DNA of 64,000 nt from Alphaproteobacteria bacterium (GTDB lineage: Bacteria > Pseudomonadota > Alphaproteobacteria > SHVV01). Positions 1 through 10,893 of this stretch are shown here, in pieces (positions within the stretch are counted from its first letter, which is position 1; each line of letters begins with the position of its first letter). The DNA is taken from NCBI GenBank assembly GCA_965261735.1, contig OZ253470.1, positions 3,488,001 through 3,552,000 of the forward strand, written 5' to 3'. A program made the position numbers and the translations under genes. The notes below the pieces were generated by a model. It worked only from the letters and a program-made list of their open reading frames with translations, ran no database searches and was not told where the DNA came from.

Positions 1-145
1 CGTGCGCTGTGCTTCGGTGAGCAGTTTCATGGGATGGTCCTCTCGAATATCGATGATGGGGATGCAGCCGCGCCTGGCCGAAACCAGCCCCCGGCCCGGA
101 GTGGCGCAAGGCAGGTGGTTCGCGCTGGATGAATGGCGCCGGCGA

Positions 146-633
146 TCAGCCGGGCGGCGGCGGTCCGGTGTCGCCGGGATCCAGAATGAGCACGCGTGCA
201 CGGCCGCCGCCGGCGGCCACATCCGGAGCGCCATCGGCTCTGCGTCCGATCGTGACCAGAGGTTTGTTGCCCGAAGGGGCCGGCGGACCGGCGGCCTCCG
301 TCGTGACGGTGCCGGCGTCTTCGACGAAACGAATGCGGATGGTGCCGCCCGCGACCTCGATGGCGCCGGGCGGGCGGAGGCCGGTCAGCGGGACCACAGG
401 CGGCTCGCCGTTCTCAGTGAAACGGTCGGGAACGGGGATCGCGGTATCGCCCCAGGGGTCGGCGTCCACTCCCTCGGCCAGGGCCTCGACGAATGTTTGA
501 CTGGCCTGGTCCACGGATCGTCGCCGGCTTGCTCGATGGCCTTTTCCAGCGCCTCGCCGAGGGTACCGGCTTCGACCGTTACAGTGTTGCGGTAGTGGGA
601 TGCGTAGCCGCAACAGACGGTATAGTGAGTCAT
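146..633 (-). pseudogene. Hypothetical protein split by a frameshift near 500-520
   Basis: ORF 385..633 (MTHYTVCCGYAS...) overlaps the stop of the upstream ATPase (ATGA). Protein-like sequence appears to continue in the 146..775 frame (QTFVEALAEGVDADPW...). Confidence 0.45.
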
Positions 634-2420
634 TGGGCCGCCTCCACATTACCGGCATCGGTTGCGGCTTCCGTGCATGCGGGTCCGATATCGACGCTGA
701 CCTTGCCGCCGCGCACCACGATGGTGACCGTGCGGTCGCGCGGCATGAGCCAGAAGATTTCGCGCCATACCGCATCGGCGATGGTGCGCTGGCGGGCTTC
801 CTCGACCGAGCACAACAGCTTGAGCGACATATGCAGGGCGTCTTCCTCGAAGCGGGTAAGTTGCGTCTCCCATGAGTCTGCCTCTACGTCGTCGGACGGA
901 CTGAAGAACCCAGCCCTCAGCAATCGGGCGAGTTCCTCGGGCGCGATATCGCTGTCCGCGGTCACCAGGGGCAGAGCGTCATGGACCGATGACCAGGCCT
1001 CGCCCGCGAAGGCAAGATCGGCGGGGACGGCGATGGTGTCGCATTTACGGAAGCAATGGCGCGGCGATTTGGGCGGATGCAGAACGTTCAGGTGCATCAC
1101 GATGGTCTCGGGCCGTTCCGGCTCGCCGCCGTTCTCCCGATCGAGGAAGCTGTTCAATGAACGGACGGCGCCATCCACGGTAACAAGGGTCTCGATGTCC
1201 GTGACGCGCGCGAGCGCGTCGTACCAGGAATAACCCTCGAAGCGCGGCTCTGGGGCGAACAGCCGGAGCGTGCATTCCGATCCACCCTGGAACCCGGCAA
1301 GGCCGAGGGCGCGATGAAGCGCCTGGGCCTCGGGCGGCTCGGGGTCGGCCTGCATCACCAGTGCACCGGAACCTACCGCCGTAAAGGCGGACCGCTCGTC
1401 CCAATAGTCCGTGTCGGCGATGGCGGGTTGCCAGGGGCGTAGCTCGGCGGGCGGCTCGGGCATCTCGATTCCGGCCTCTTTCGTCTTGTGCCAGTCGGTC
1501 CAGGCAACCCGCGGAGCCGGATCGGCCTGCGCCATGGCGCGGTAAGCGGCAAGCCGCGCGGCCTCGCGCATTTCTTCCAGAAACAGGGTCTCTACCACCT
1601 CTTTCCTCGCCGGCAATACCAGCTCCAGATCGGGGCAGGAGTCGATGTCGGCCCGCGCCGACCAGACGCCGCCTTCCACCGTGTCGATCTGGGGCAGGCG
1701 CACCGGCAGGGTCAGGCCGTGAAAGTTGACGTCGGGGACGCGGTAGCCCGCATGGCTGTCCTTGAAGACGCCGAACACGAGGCCCTTCCATGGTTCCACA
1801 TGGAGCGCGCCATCGAGAAAGGCGCGGCGCTCGACAACCTCGCCGTCGATGGTGACCGGCAGGGGGTAATGCCGCGCGGCGGTCTCGAGAAAGGCGCGGA
1901 CCGAGTGGGGCGCCTCGGACGCCTCGAAAGTGACCGCGGTTCCATGCGGCCAAGGGGCGCTGTCGTCCGGGACGACATGGGCCGCATCGCGGCCGAGGAA
2001 GTGAACAGGCTCCAGGGCCAGGCGGTAGCCTAGGCTTGGGTCCCCGCCGGGGAGGCGCCAGCGCAACGTGCAGCCCCGGCGCGAGAGGGCGAGAAGCCCG
2101 AACCCGGCGGGATCTTCCGCCTCGGAGATGCCGGCCTTCCAGTTGCTCTCGCCGAAGGTCAGCAGGACGGCGGGATCGGCAATCCCCACGCCGTCATCGG
2201 CCAGGGTAACGCGGGTGGTATCTCCGTCCTGCTCGATGGTTGCGGCAACGCGGTTGGCGCCCCCACGGCGTGAGTTTTGCAGTGTCTCGGTGAAAATATC
2301 GGCGAGGCCAGCCGAAAACAGCCGGGTCACCTTGTCGATGGCGCTGTCGCCGACCCGGGCGTGGATCGTGGCGGAACCATTGCCGGGCTCGGCCGTAACG
2401 GCATTCTGTGGGGTAGACAT
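630..2420 (-). CDS. GHKL (HATPase_c-like) ATP-binding protein of the mobile-element backbone
   Basis: N-box-like ETLQNSRRGGA, G1 box DDGVGI, G2-like GFGLLAL. 596 aa, directly downstream of the parB-like gene. Confidence 0.7.
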   Translation of the reverse strand: MSTPQNAVTAEPGNGSATIHARVGDSAIDKVTRLFSAGLADIFTETLQNSRRGGANRVAATIEQDGDTTRVTLADDGVGIADPAVLLTFGESNWKAGISEAEDPAGFGLLALSRRGCTLRWRLPGGDPSLGYRLALEPVHFLGRDAAHVVPDDSAPWPHGTAVTFEASEAPHSVRAFLETAARHYPLPVTIDGEVVERRAFLDGALHVEPWKGLVFGVFKDSHAGYRVPDVNFHGLTLPVRLPQIDTVEGGVWSARADIDSCPDLELVLPARKEVVETLFLEEMREAARLAAYRAMAQADPAPRVAWTDWHKTKEAGIEMPEPPAELRPWQPAIADTDYWDERSAFTAVGSGALVMQADPEPPEAQALHRALGLAGFQGGSECTLRLFAPEPRFEGYSWYDALARVTDIETLVTVDGAVRSLNSFLDRENGGEPERPETIVMHLNVLHPPKSPRHCFRKCDTIAVPADLAFAGEAWSSVHDALPLVTADSDIAPEELARLLRAGFFSPSDDVEADSWETQLTRFEEDALHMSLKLLCSVEEARQRTIADAVWREIFWLMPRDRTVTIVVRGGKVSVDIGPACTEAATDAGNVEAAQ

Positions 2421-2451
2421 GCGGGTTCTCCTGGTTGTCGATGCGGGAATG

Positions 2452-2486
2452 AAAAACGCCCCGCTGGCCGGTGCCGGCGAGGCGTT
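2452..2486 (-). terminator. Probable intrinsic terminator after the parB-like gene
   Basis: On the minus strand, AACGCCTCGCCGGC-ACCG-GCCAGCGGGGCGTT forms a hairpin followed by a T run. Confidence 0.5.
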
Positions 2487-2510
2487 GTCGTGAGGAAAGA
2501 ACGCGGTGGT

Positions 2511-5062
2511 TCAGCCGCGGCGCAGGAATGCCGGTATCTCCAGCAGCTCCGCTTTGTTGTCGTGGCCGTTGCCGCGCGGCGGGGCCAGGACCTGTTCCGG
2601 CTCCACCGGCACGTTGCTACCGCCGCCCGCAATGGCGATGTGTATGGCGCCATGATCGTCCGCGCCGGCCGCTTCCGGCGCGGACGCCGCGACCGGAGGG
2701 GTGGCATCCGCGTTCACGGCCGAGGCGAGTGCGGCGGCGCGGCGATCGGCCACGGCGGGAGCATCGATGCTCTCGACGACGGACTGAACACCTGCGTTCA
2801 TGGGCTGCTGTGCCTCCGCCGGAGCGGGATCGGCGGCATTGTCCGCGGGAGCACCGGCCTCCGGATCCCCGGATTGCGAGGTCTCGCTGTCGGCGCCCGA
2901 TGGATCGGCGCCACCGTCGGCGTCATCGTCATCATCTTCCGGCGCATCGCCCAGCGGCGTGTCTGCCGCAGTCGGTTGCGGTTCGGGGGCGGTTGTCCCC
3001 CCGTCACTCGCCGCGCCTTCGTCATCGACGGTGCCGGTATCGAAGGCGCGGAAGCCGGGCGGCGTCCAGGCGATCGCCGCGGCGCGGCCGTCGGCCGTGA
3101 CCCCGGCGGGGATGCCGTCGCCGTGGGCGAAGGCGTCCTCCATCGCCTTGGCGATATCGGCCTTCTTTTGCTTGGCCTCCGCTTGCGCCCAGGTCTCGCC
3201 CAGCGTCCCGCGGGCGATGGCGAGTATGCGGTCCTTGCGCAGCCGCGACCACAGCAGATCAGCGGTCCAGACTTGATCGCGGTTGCCGCGGACGGCTGCG
3301 GCAAAATCGATGTCGAGCCGGGCGACGGTCGCTTCGACCTCAGCCCGGGCCTTGGGTTCGAACGCCAGTTGGCCCTTCAGCGTGCGCGCGACGCAGGACG
3401 CGAACAGGGTCCGCTTGTCTTGTTCGGGAAGCGCCCGCAGCTCGGCGAAGGCCTCGGCATCGGACAGGCCGGTCCAGTCTAGCTTTTGCGCGGCACGGTC
3501 GATCTCGAGGTGCTTCTCGCCGACATTGACGGTGCCGAAAGCATCGTCGTTGACCCGCATGGCCGGACGGTCCGGTGTCTCGACCACCCTGATGTCGAGT
3601 GCGTCATCATGGTAGCCGTTGGTGAACACGCTGCGGGCGAGCTGGAACAGCAGCAGATCGAAGGCCGCCTCGAAGTCGCAGGCGAGCTGGCTCTTGACGA
3701 TGGCCGTGCGGATGGCCCGCAAATCGTCAGCAAGGCCTATGCCGACGCCCGCTTCCTTGCGCGCCTCGGATTCCGCGTCGCCGGGAGAAGCAAGGGGAGC
3801 CGTAAGCGTTGGCGCCTCAATGCCGGAGATGGTGTTCTCCCCGTCGCCGGTATCGTCGTGTCCGGCCGCGCCCGCATCGCCTGCTTCGCGAGCGGGCATG
3901 TCCTCGGGCCTGACCAGGCCCTGGATCAGCTTGAGTTCGCCATCGTTGCCGATGGTGGAGATGCACCCGGCGATGGCGATATCCTCGCGACGGTAGACCG
4001 CGCGGGCCTCGATCGTGGCTTCGATCTCGTGGAGCCGGATCTCGTTGGCATCGGCTTCCTCGACCAATTCTTCGGTCCAGCCGTCGTCGTCCATGTTGGC
4101 GAGTTCGTCGTTACGGGTCCTCAAGCGTTCGATCTCGGCCTTCTCTTCGTCCGTGGGCTCGGCCCGTTGGGGCGTACCCGCCCGAAGGCGGCGGTGGCGC
4201 TCCAATCCACGTCGAGCCGCGCCTCGGCCCATTTCCAGCGCGTCTCCAGTTCCCTCGCCGCCATCTGTAGACTCTCCATGGCGAGCTTGTTCAAGAGATC
4301 GGGATCGTCGAACCAGATCCCCCGCTCGTCCTCCTCGGCGAACAGGTCGCGGTCGATCCTGCCGCCCGCCGCCTCGTAAGCCTCGATGCCGACGAAACGC
4401 GCGATGGCGGAGGTGGCCGGAACCCGTTCCTCGGTCAGCAGGCGCTTGATCTGCCAGGCGCCTGGCCGGTAGCCCTGTTGGCTCACCGTCTCCCAGACCG
4501 CGCTCTGGCGCGCCTGATCCGTGGTGACGGCGAAGGCCATCAACGTTTCCAGATCGATTTCGCCCGCGCGGTAGGCTTCGAGCAGCACCGGTGCGGCGTT
4601 GCCGAGCCGCAGGCGTTTCTCCACGGTGCGTTCCGAGACCCCGAAGCGGGCCGCGATGGCCGCGGCCGTGCTGCCCGCATCGGCCAGGCGGCGGAACGCC
4701 TCGACCTGATCGGCCGGGTGCATGGCGGCGCGGACAGTGTTCTCGGCCAGCGAAACTTCTTCGGCCGCCACGATACCGTCGATCATATGGCAGGGCACGG
4801 GGTGGTCCTCTTTCAGCGCGCCCTCGGCGGCCAGCGCCTGCATCGCGGCAAGCCGCCGCCCGCCGGCGATCACCGCATAGCGCGCGGCACCATCCGGGCC
4901 GGGTCCCATGGAACGGGCAATCAGGTTCTCGAGCAGCCCGTGGGCGGCGATCGAGGCCTTGAGCTCGGTGAAGGCCGAAGCATCGGCCGGCGTCTTACGC
5001 ACGTTGCCGGGCGAGAGTTCGAGTTGGGACAGCGGGATGTCGCGGATATCGCGTTCGGACAT
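2511..5062 (-). pseudogene. parB: ParB/RepB/Spo0J-family protein (long ICE/plasmid type) with a single -1 frameshift
   Basis: ParB N-domain (LKASIAAHGLLENL, VIAGGRRLAA, SLAENTVR) and HTH lie in 4121..5062; the C-terminal part lies in 2511..4232. One extra G in the G4 run at 4169-4172 would join the frames (…GRVRP/QRAEPTDEE), so this may be a sequencing error. Confidence 0.85.
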
Positions 5063-5676
5063 GTCGGTCTCCGGGATTGCGTGAATGCGGAACCGGGCGG
5101 GGACACCCTCTCCGGTATCCGGCCCTGACCGACCTCTGGCTCAAGCTCTCGCTCTTGGTGACGTATTGGAACCGGATGGGCTGGAGCGGTTGGTCCGTGC
5201 AAGGACGGTTGAATCGACAGCCGTCCTTCCCGCGTCAAGTAGGCCGCCCCGGGCGGGCGCGGGGTCAGTTCGATACCCGCCACGCGCGGTCGGGCTGGCG
5301 GTAGGCGTTGCCGTGGGCTTGCCCGGGCGACGCCGCCGGGGGTCACGGTGAGTTGGTATTGCTTGCAGTAGATTCAGCCGGCCGATTTGTAGGTGCGGGT
5401 CGGCGTATTAGCGCCTGCATTGCCGGTACTGGGATTGTGCCAGCGTGAGGGCACCCCGCTTGGACGGTCTCCAGCGCCGCTTGCCGTGTGCGGGCCGCAT
5501 ACAGGTTGTCGAGCGAGGCGCTGATCCCGCCGCCGGGAAACAACCCCGCCATTGTTCCCGCCACCGTGGCCGCGATCCCGAGCTTGCCGCTTCCGGCCGC
5601 GGACCCCGGCATGCCTCCGGCGACACCGCCGAGCCCCCGGCGCCGGTCATCCATTTTCCCGCCATGACCGCCGGTC

Positions 5677-6283
5677 TGGACTTGCTCGGGAAGAGTGGAG
5701 TGACTTTTGATGGTATAAACTAATTAGGAGGACCTTGATGACCCGACGAGCCCAACCAGATTTCACGGATGAATTCAAACGCGAAGCTGTGCGTTTGACG
5801 GAGGCCAGCGTGCGTACGGTCAGGGAAATTGCCGATGACCTCGGGATCGGTAAATCGACGCTGGCACGGTGGAAACACAAACATCGCGAAGCGGACTTGG
5901 TGGCCGGCCCGCATGACGATGTTGAGAAGGAACTGGCGCATCTTCGGCGCGAGAACGAACTGCTGCGCCAGGAGCGTGACCTGTTAAAAAAGGCAACCGC
6001 TTTCTTTGCCAAGGAGACAAGTCGATGAGGTTCCGGCTCATCGATGCGGAGAAAGCCCGGCTGCCGATCGACCGGATGTGTGCCCTGCTGGCGGTCAGCG
6101 CCAGCGGCTATTACGCTTGGGCGCAACGCGGTCCGAGCCGGCGGCAATTGGATGACCTGGTGCTGCTGGCCCATGTCCGGGCGCATTTTGCGGCATCGAA
6201 TGGGACCTACGGGAGCCCGCGCATGCATGCCGAGCTATGCGCGGCGGGCGTGTCGATCGGGCGTCATCGTACGGCGCGGATCG
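5677..6283 (+). mobile_element. IS3-family element, truncated in orfB
   Basis: Left end TGGACTTGCTCGGGAAGAGTGGAG, orfA 5735..6028, orfB starts at 6025 (MRFRLIDAEK...YGSPRMHAEL) and breaks off near 6283. Confidence 0.85.
5735..6028 (+). CDS. IS3-family transposase OrfA
   Basis: FTDEFKREAVRL, HTH, and the leucine zipper LRRENELLRQERDLLKKATAFFA. Confidence 0.9.
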   Translation: MMTRRAQPDFTDEFKREAVRLTEASVRTVREIADDLGIGKSTLARWKHKHREADLVAGPHDDVEKELAHLRRENELLRQERDLLKKATAFFAKETSR

Positions 6284-6659
6284 TTGCGAAAAACCCGTCT
6301 GCTCCTGTTACTCTCCTGCGCACTCTGATCCGCAGCGAAGACGAAGCGACACGCAGGTGTGTGGTTCTCAACCGACGTGCTCCATATGACGTATTGAGCG
6401 ACCTTGAAAACCAGTTCCCAGAGTTATTTGTGAATAATCCGGCACTCGAACTCTACAATTCCTTCAAGATCTGATGTCCCGGAATTTTCTATCACCGCAA
6501 CACTACATGTTGTGGGTGTGTGCGTTAACCGGATAGGCATGGAGGCAAGAAGGTGATGTTTGGTGATTTTGAGCTTCCCTGCGATGCAGAAGCTTGCGTC
6601 AGCCTGTTTGGACTGTATTTGGCGCGCCGTTTTGGGCACAGCGACAGTTGGCTGTGCGG

Positions 6660-6730
6660 CTCATCGAGCGAGATGGCGAAGTTGAATGGCGTTAATCCCC
6701 ACGCTTGGCTCAAGGTGATCGTCGACTGAT
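6660..6730 (+). pseudogene. IS66 transposase C-terminal remnant
   Basis: Translates AKLNGVNPHAWLK, the typical IS66 C-terminal motif. Confidence 0.5.
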
Positions 6731-6930
6731 TCCCGGCCGATGCCCCGGAGTGTGCGGAAACAATGGAAGAAAAGCGCCGACTTAGAGAGCCGCCCGACGC
6801 TCATGTTGCGGATGCCTTTGTTACCGCGGCGGCTGCCTCCCGTGGGCTCGGCGTGGTAACGCGGAACACCGGCAAATTCCGCAACAAAGGCATAAAGACC
6901 GTCAATCCCTGGACCGCCGGGCTGCGATGA
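6730..6930 (+). pseudogene. PIN-domain (VapC-like) toxin C-terminal remnant
   Basis: The frame ending at 6930 reads AASRGLGVVTRNTGKFRNKGIKTVNPW, the characteristic PIN C-terminus. Its stop overlaps the helicase ATG. Confidence 0.65.
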
Positions 6931-9900
6931 GGATCGTTCCCAACACCGGCACCGATCGCGTGGTCGATATCGTCCGGCCCTGGCTCCGGACAGGTAATCG
7001 GGTCGACCTCGCTTCCGAAACGCTATCGCTCTTTGCCTTTGGCGAGCTTGCCGGAAATCTGGTGCGCCTAGCCGGCGCACGGCTTGTCCTGCCGACCGAC
7101 GATACCGAGATCGATCTTCTGGGATCCGGTGCGGACCGGGCCGCCCGCAATCGCCTGCAGGGCCGCTGGCTCGCCGGCCGTTGTGCAGCCTGGATCGAGA
7201 AGGCGACCGAGGTGCGCAGAGCGAACGGATCGGTTCCGCAGGGGGCGGTCGTGCTGCGTAACGGTGAAGGCCGCGCGGGGCAGGCCCTGCTCGGCTCGTT
7301 TTCGTTCAGCACTGACGGGCTCGGTCTCGCGCCGAGCAACCCGCTTAATCTGATTCAAGCTTCCGAAACGTCCGAAGAATGCGAACGGCTGGGCGCGTGG
7401 TTCGATGTGCAATGGTCCGGGCTGCCGGAAGATAACGCCGCGAAGCTGGAACTAGTGGCGGCGTTGCGCCGCGTCGCCGCGCCCCGCGCCCCGTCCAGCA
7501 TTTACGCGCTAATCCTGCACCACCTGTTCCGAATCGAGGGCGGCGAGCTCGACGAAGAGCGGGTCGTCAAGTCGGCGACCGGGATTCGCGAAACGGAAGT
7601 CTGGAAGAGACTGTTCAAATTTCAGCGCGACGGGGTCGTCGGCGCCATCGACAAGCTAGAGCGGTTCGGCGGCTGCATCATCGCCGACAGCGTCGGGCTC
7701 GGCAAAACGTTCGAAGCGCTGGCGATCATCAAATACCACGAGCTTCGCAATGACCGTGTCCTTGTGCTCTGCCCGAAGCGGTTGCGCGACAACTGGACCC
7801 TCTACCGCGCCAACGATCGCCGGAACATGCTCGCGCGCGACCGTTTCAACTACGACATTCTCAACCATACCGACCTGTCCCGCGACGGCGGCCTGTCGGG
7901 CGATATCGACCTCGCCCATGTGAATTGGGGCAACTACGATCTCGTCGTCATCGACGAATCGCACAATTTCCGCAACAAGCGTTCGCCGCGTCAGGGCGGC
8001 GAGACACGGTACGACCGGCTCATGCGCCGGATCGTCTGCGACGGCGTGAAGACCCGGGTCCTAATGCTTTCGGCCACGCCCGTGAACAATCGTCTGGCCG
8101 ATCTGCGCAACCAGATCGCATTCGCCACTGAGGGCAACGACACAGCGCTAACGGATCACGGCGTGTCCAGCGTCGACGGCACGACGCAGCGTGCGCAGAA
8201 GCAGTTCAACCGCTGGCTTGAGCTGGACGAAACCGAGCGCACGCCGTCCCGGCTCGTCGACATGCTGGGGTTCGATTACTTCGCGCTGCTGGACCGCCTT
8301 ACGATCGCCCGCTCTCGCCGGCACCTCGAAAAGTACTATGGAGACAGCGAGACAGGACGCTTCCCGGAACGTCTCAAGCCCATCAACGTGAAGCCGGATG
8401 TCGATCTCAGGGGAGAGTTCCCTTCGATCCGCGAGATCAATAAGGAGATCCGCCGCCTGAATCTCGCTGCCTATGCACCGCTCCGCTATGTCCTGGCGCA
8501 CAAGCGAGAGGCGTATGAAGAGATATACAGCACTAGACTTCGCGGCGGAGGCGGGACCTTCCGGCAATTGGACCGCGAGGAAAGCCTCGTCCAGCTTCTC
8601 CGCGTAAACGCGTTGAAACGCATGGAGAGTTCGGTCGTCTCGTTTGCCCTGACCGTGCAGCGCCAGCTTGGCGATGTCGAGGCGACCCTGGCGCGCATCG
8701 AGGAACAGGCGGGCGAACTTGAGGAGCTCGATATTGCCGACATCGATATTGAGGACCCGGCCTTCGAAAGCCTCCTGGTCGGCCGCAAGGTCAAGGTTCT
8801 GCTCCAGGACGTCGATCCGGTCCACTGGCGGCAGGACCTGATCGAGGACCGTAACCGGCTGGCGACGCTTCACGCCGTGGCTAGGCAGGTGACCGTCGAC
8901 CGCGATGCCAAGCTCGCCGAACTACGCGAAATTATCGAGCGGAAATGCCGCGATCCGATCAACGCCGACAACCGCAAGGCCATCGTGTTCACGGCCTTCG
9001 CCGATACTGCGCGCTATCTATACGACACGCTGGCGCCCTGGGCCCGGGATTGTCTGGGAGTGGAAGCCGCTCTGGTCACGGGCGCGGGACGCAACCAGAC
9101 GACTCTGCCGGGTCTCCGGCGCGACCTCGCGTCCATCCTGACCGCTTTCGCACCACGGACCAAGGAACGGCCGGACGACCTTGCGGGCGAAGGCGAGATC
9201 GATCTTCTGATCGCGACCGACTGCATATCCGAAGGCCAGAACCTCCAGGACTGCGACTGTCTCATCAATTACGATATCCACTGGAACCCGGTCCGAATCA
9301 TCCAGCGCTTCGGGCGCATCGACCGGATCGGCTCGCCCAATGCGCGAATCCAGCTTGTTAACTTCTGGCCCAACATGGAGCTGGAGGAGTATCTGCGCTT
9401 GGAACAGCGCGTCAGCGGCCGCATGGTGCTTCTCGACATATCCGCGACCGGCGAGGAGAACCTGATCGAGCAGCAGTCTGGCGATCCGATGAACGATCTG
9501 GCTTACCGCCGCAAGCAACTCCTGAAACTTCAGGATGCGGTGATCGATCTGGAGGACTTGTCGTCGGGAGTCTCCATCGCCGATCTGACGCTGACCGATT
9601 TCCGGATCGACCTGGCTGATTATCGCAGGGTCCATCCCGATACCCTGGATTCGGTTCCACTTGGTATGCATGCGGTCGCTGTTACAGCCGACGACGATAT
9701 TTTACCGGGCGTGATTTTCTGCCTCCGCGCTGAAGGAAGCGCAGCAGGGGGCCGGTTCCAGCCAGAGTATCCCCTCGCGCCGCATTATCTGGTTCATGTC
9801 GGTGAGGACGGATCGGTGCTCTTGCCGTTCACCCAGGTCAAGGCGGTGCTCGACCGACTGAAACGGCTATGTGTCGGCAAGGACATTCCCGACGTCCCTG

Positions 9901-10124
9901 CCTACGCCCGATTCGACGCCGCCACCCACCAAGGCAAGGATATGCGGGCCGCGCAGCGCTCGCTCGCCGCCGCCGTGACCTCTATCGCTGGAACGGATGA
10001 GGAGCGCGCGATCGCCAGCCTGTTCTCTTCGGGAGGAACGCACGCTATTGCCGGCGAGTTTGCTGGAATGAATGATTTCGAGGTGGTGGCATTTCTCGTG
10101 CTGCTGTCGGAGGATCCGGCATGA
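6927..10124 (+). CDS. SNF2-family helicase with a degenerate N-terminal PLD-like domain
   Basis: Walker A ADSVGLGKT, DESH box, LSATP, SEGQNLQ and QRFGRIDRIG. The N-terminal GSFSFSTDGLG resembles PLD GSxNxT..GL but there is no HKD. Confidence 0.9.
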   Translation: MRIVPNTGTDRVVDIVRPWLRTGNRVDLASETLSLFAFGELAGNLVRLAGARLVLPTDDTEIDLLGSGADRAARNRLQGRWLAGRCAAWIEKATEVRRANGSVPQGAVVLRNGEGRAGQALLGSFSFSTDGLGLAPSNPLNLIQASETSEECERLGAWFDVQWSGLPEDNAAKLELVAALRRVAAPRAPSSIYALILHHLFRIEGGELDEERVVKSATGIRETEVWKRLFKFQRDGVVGAIDKLERFGGCIIADSVGLGKTFEALAIIKYHELRNDRVLVLCPKRLRDNWTLYRANDRRNMLARDRFNYDILNHTDLSRDGGLSGDIDLAHVNWGNYDLVVIDESHNFRNKRSPRQGGETRYDRLMRRIVCDGVKTRVLMLSATPVNNRLADLRNQIAFATEGNDTALTDHGVSSVDGTTQRAQKQFNRWLELDETERTPSRLVDMLGFDYFALLDRLTIARSRRHLEKYYGDSETGRFPERLKPINVKPDVDLRGEFPSIREINKEIRRLNLAAYAPLRYVLAHKREAYEEIYSTRLRGGGGTFRQLDREESLVQLLRVNALKRMESSVVSFALTVQRQLGDVEATLARIEEQAGELEELDIADIDIEDPAFESLLVGRKVKVLLQDVDPVHWRQDLIEDRNRLATLHAVARQVTVDRDAKLAELREIIERKCRDPINADNRKAIVFTAFADTARYLYDTLAPWARDCLGVEAALVTGAGRNQTTLPGLRRDLASILTAFAPRTKERPDDLAGEGEIDLLIATDCISEGQNLQDCDCLINYDIHWNPVRIIQRFGRIDRIGSPNARIQLVNFWPNMELEEYLRLEQRVSGRMVLLDISATGEENLIEQQSGDPMNDLAYRRKQLLKLQDAVIDLEDLSSGVSIADLTLTDFRIDLADYRRVHPDTLDSVPLGMHAVAVTADDDILPGVIFCLRAEGSAAGGRFQPEYPLAPHYLVHVGEDGSVLLPFTQVKAVLDRLKRLCVGKDIPDVPAYARFDAATHQGKDMRAAQRSLAAAVTSIAGTDEERAIASLFSSGGTHAIAGEFAGMNDFEVVAFLVLLSEDPA

Positions 10125-10879
10125 CGCCGTTCGATCCCTTCGTGGCGCTCGCGCTCCCACCTGACGCGCTTATCGATCGCCGCGTGCCCAAGACGCTGCT
10201 GATCGAGAACGGCGCATTCGCGGCAGGTGACCGCCGGCGCATCCAGGAAGGGATCGAGGAATTGAGATGGCTCGCGACGCTCAAGCCGGCGACAGTCGGC
10301 GTCGCCGAATATCGCGATGCCGAGCGGGAGTATCTCGAGATTGTCGTCCTGAAGCTCAATCTGCGTTCAGCCGCACGCGGCGAACGCATGGTCGAACTGG
10401 TCCACCGCGCGGTCCCCTACCCGGTGCTGCTGATCGCTTGGCGGGACGGGACGCCGGAGCTTTCGCTGGCCCACAAACGTCGTTCTCTGGGCGAAGCGGA
10501 CAAGACCGTGATCGACAGCGAAATCATTGTTGCACGGGCATACGGAGACTGTGCATACGAGCCGGTTACGGCGTTTCGCGATGCTCTCGCCCTGGTACGC
10601 CAGCCCCGGGACACGCTTCACGCCTTGTATCAGGGGTGGATCGATACGGTGGAGGCTTTCCGCGCGGCCACGATCACGGGCGCATTCTACCTTCCGGTTA
10701 CGGTGGCAAGGGCCGTCGACAGGGAAGCGGCGCTTCGGGAGTACCGAAGTCTCGATGACAGGATTGCGAATATGCATTCGGCCGCCAGCAAGGAGAAACA
10801 GATGTCCCGCCGGGCCAAGATGAACATGGAGCTTGCGCGCCTGCGCGCCGACCGCGACTCTGCTCGGGCCAGACTGTGA
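10121..10879 (+). CDS. DUF4391-like protein
   Basis: IDRRVPKTLL, ELVHRAVPYP and C-terminal KEKQMSRRAKMNMEL. Translationally coupled between the helicase and mod, the usual context for DUF4391. Confidence 0.75.
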   Translation: MTPFDPFVALALPPDALIDRRVPKTLLIENGAFAAGDRRRIQEGIEELRWLATLKPATVGVAEYRDAEREYLEIVVLKLNLRSAARGERMVELVHRAVPYPVLLIAWRDGTPELSLAHKRRSLGEADKTVIDSEIIVARAYGDCAYEPVTAFRDALALVRQPRDTLHALYQGWIDTVEAFRAATITGAFYLPVTVARAVDREAALREYRSLDDRIANMHSAASKEKQMSRRAKMNMELARLRADRDSARARL

Positions 10880-10893
10880 GGGAGAGGCGCGTA

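Noticed and set aside
6025-6474. IS3 OrfB fused to a repeat-like tail as a novel protein
   Set aside because: A deletion junction near 6283 joins a truncated orfB to an unrelated gene fragment (VAKNPSAP..., LRV-repeat-like). No DDE domain remains.
6500-6542. Additional IS1595 copy
   Set aside because: Only a diverged ~40-bp right-end scrap (GCGTTAACCGGATAGGCA), with no transposase.
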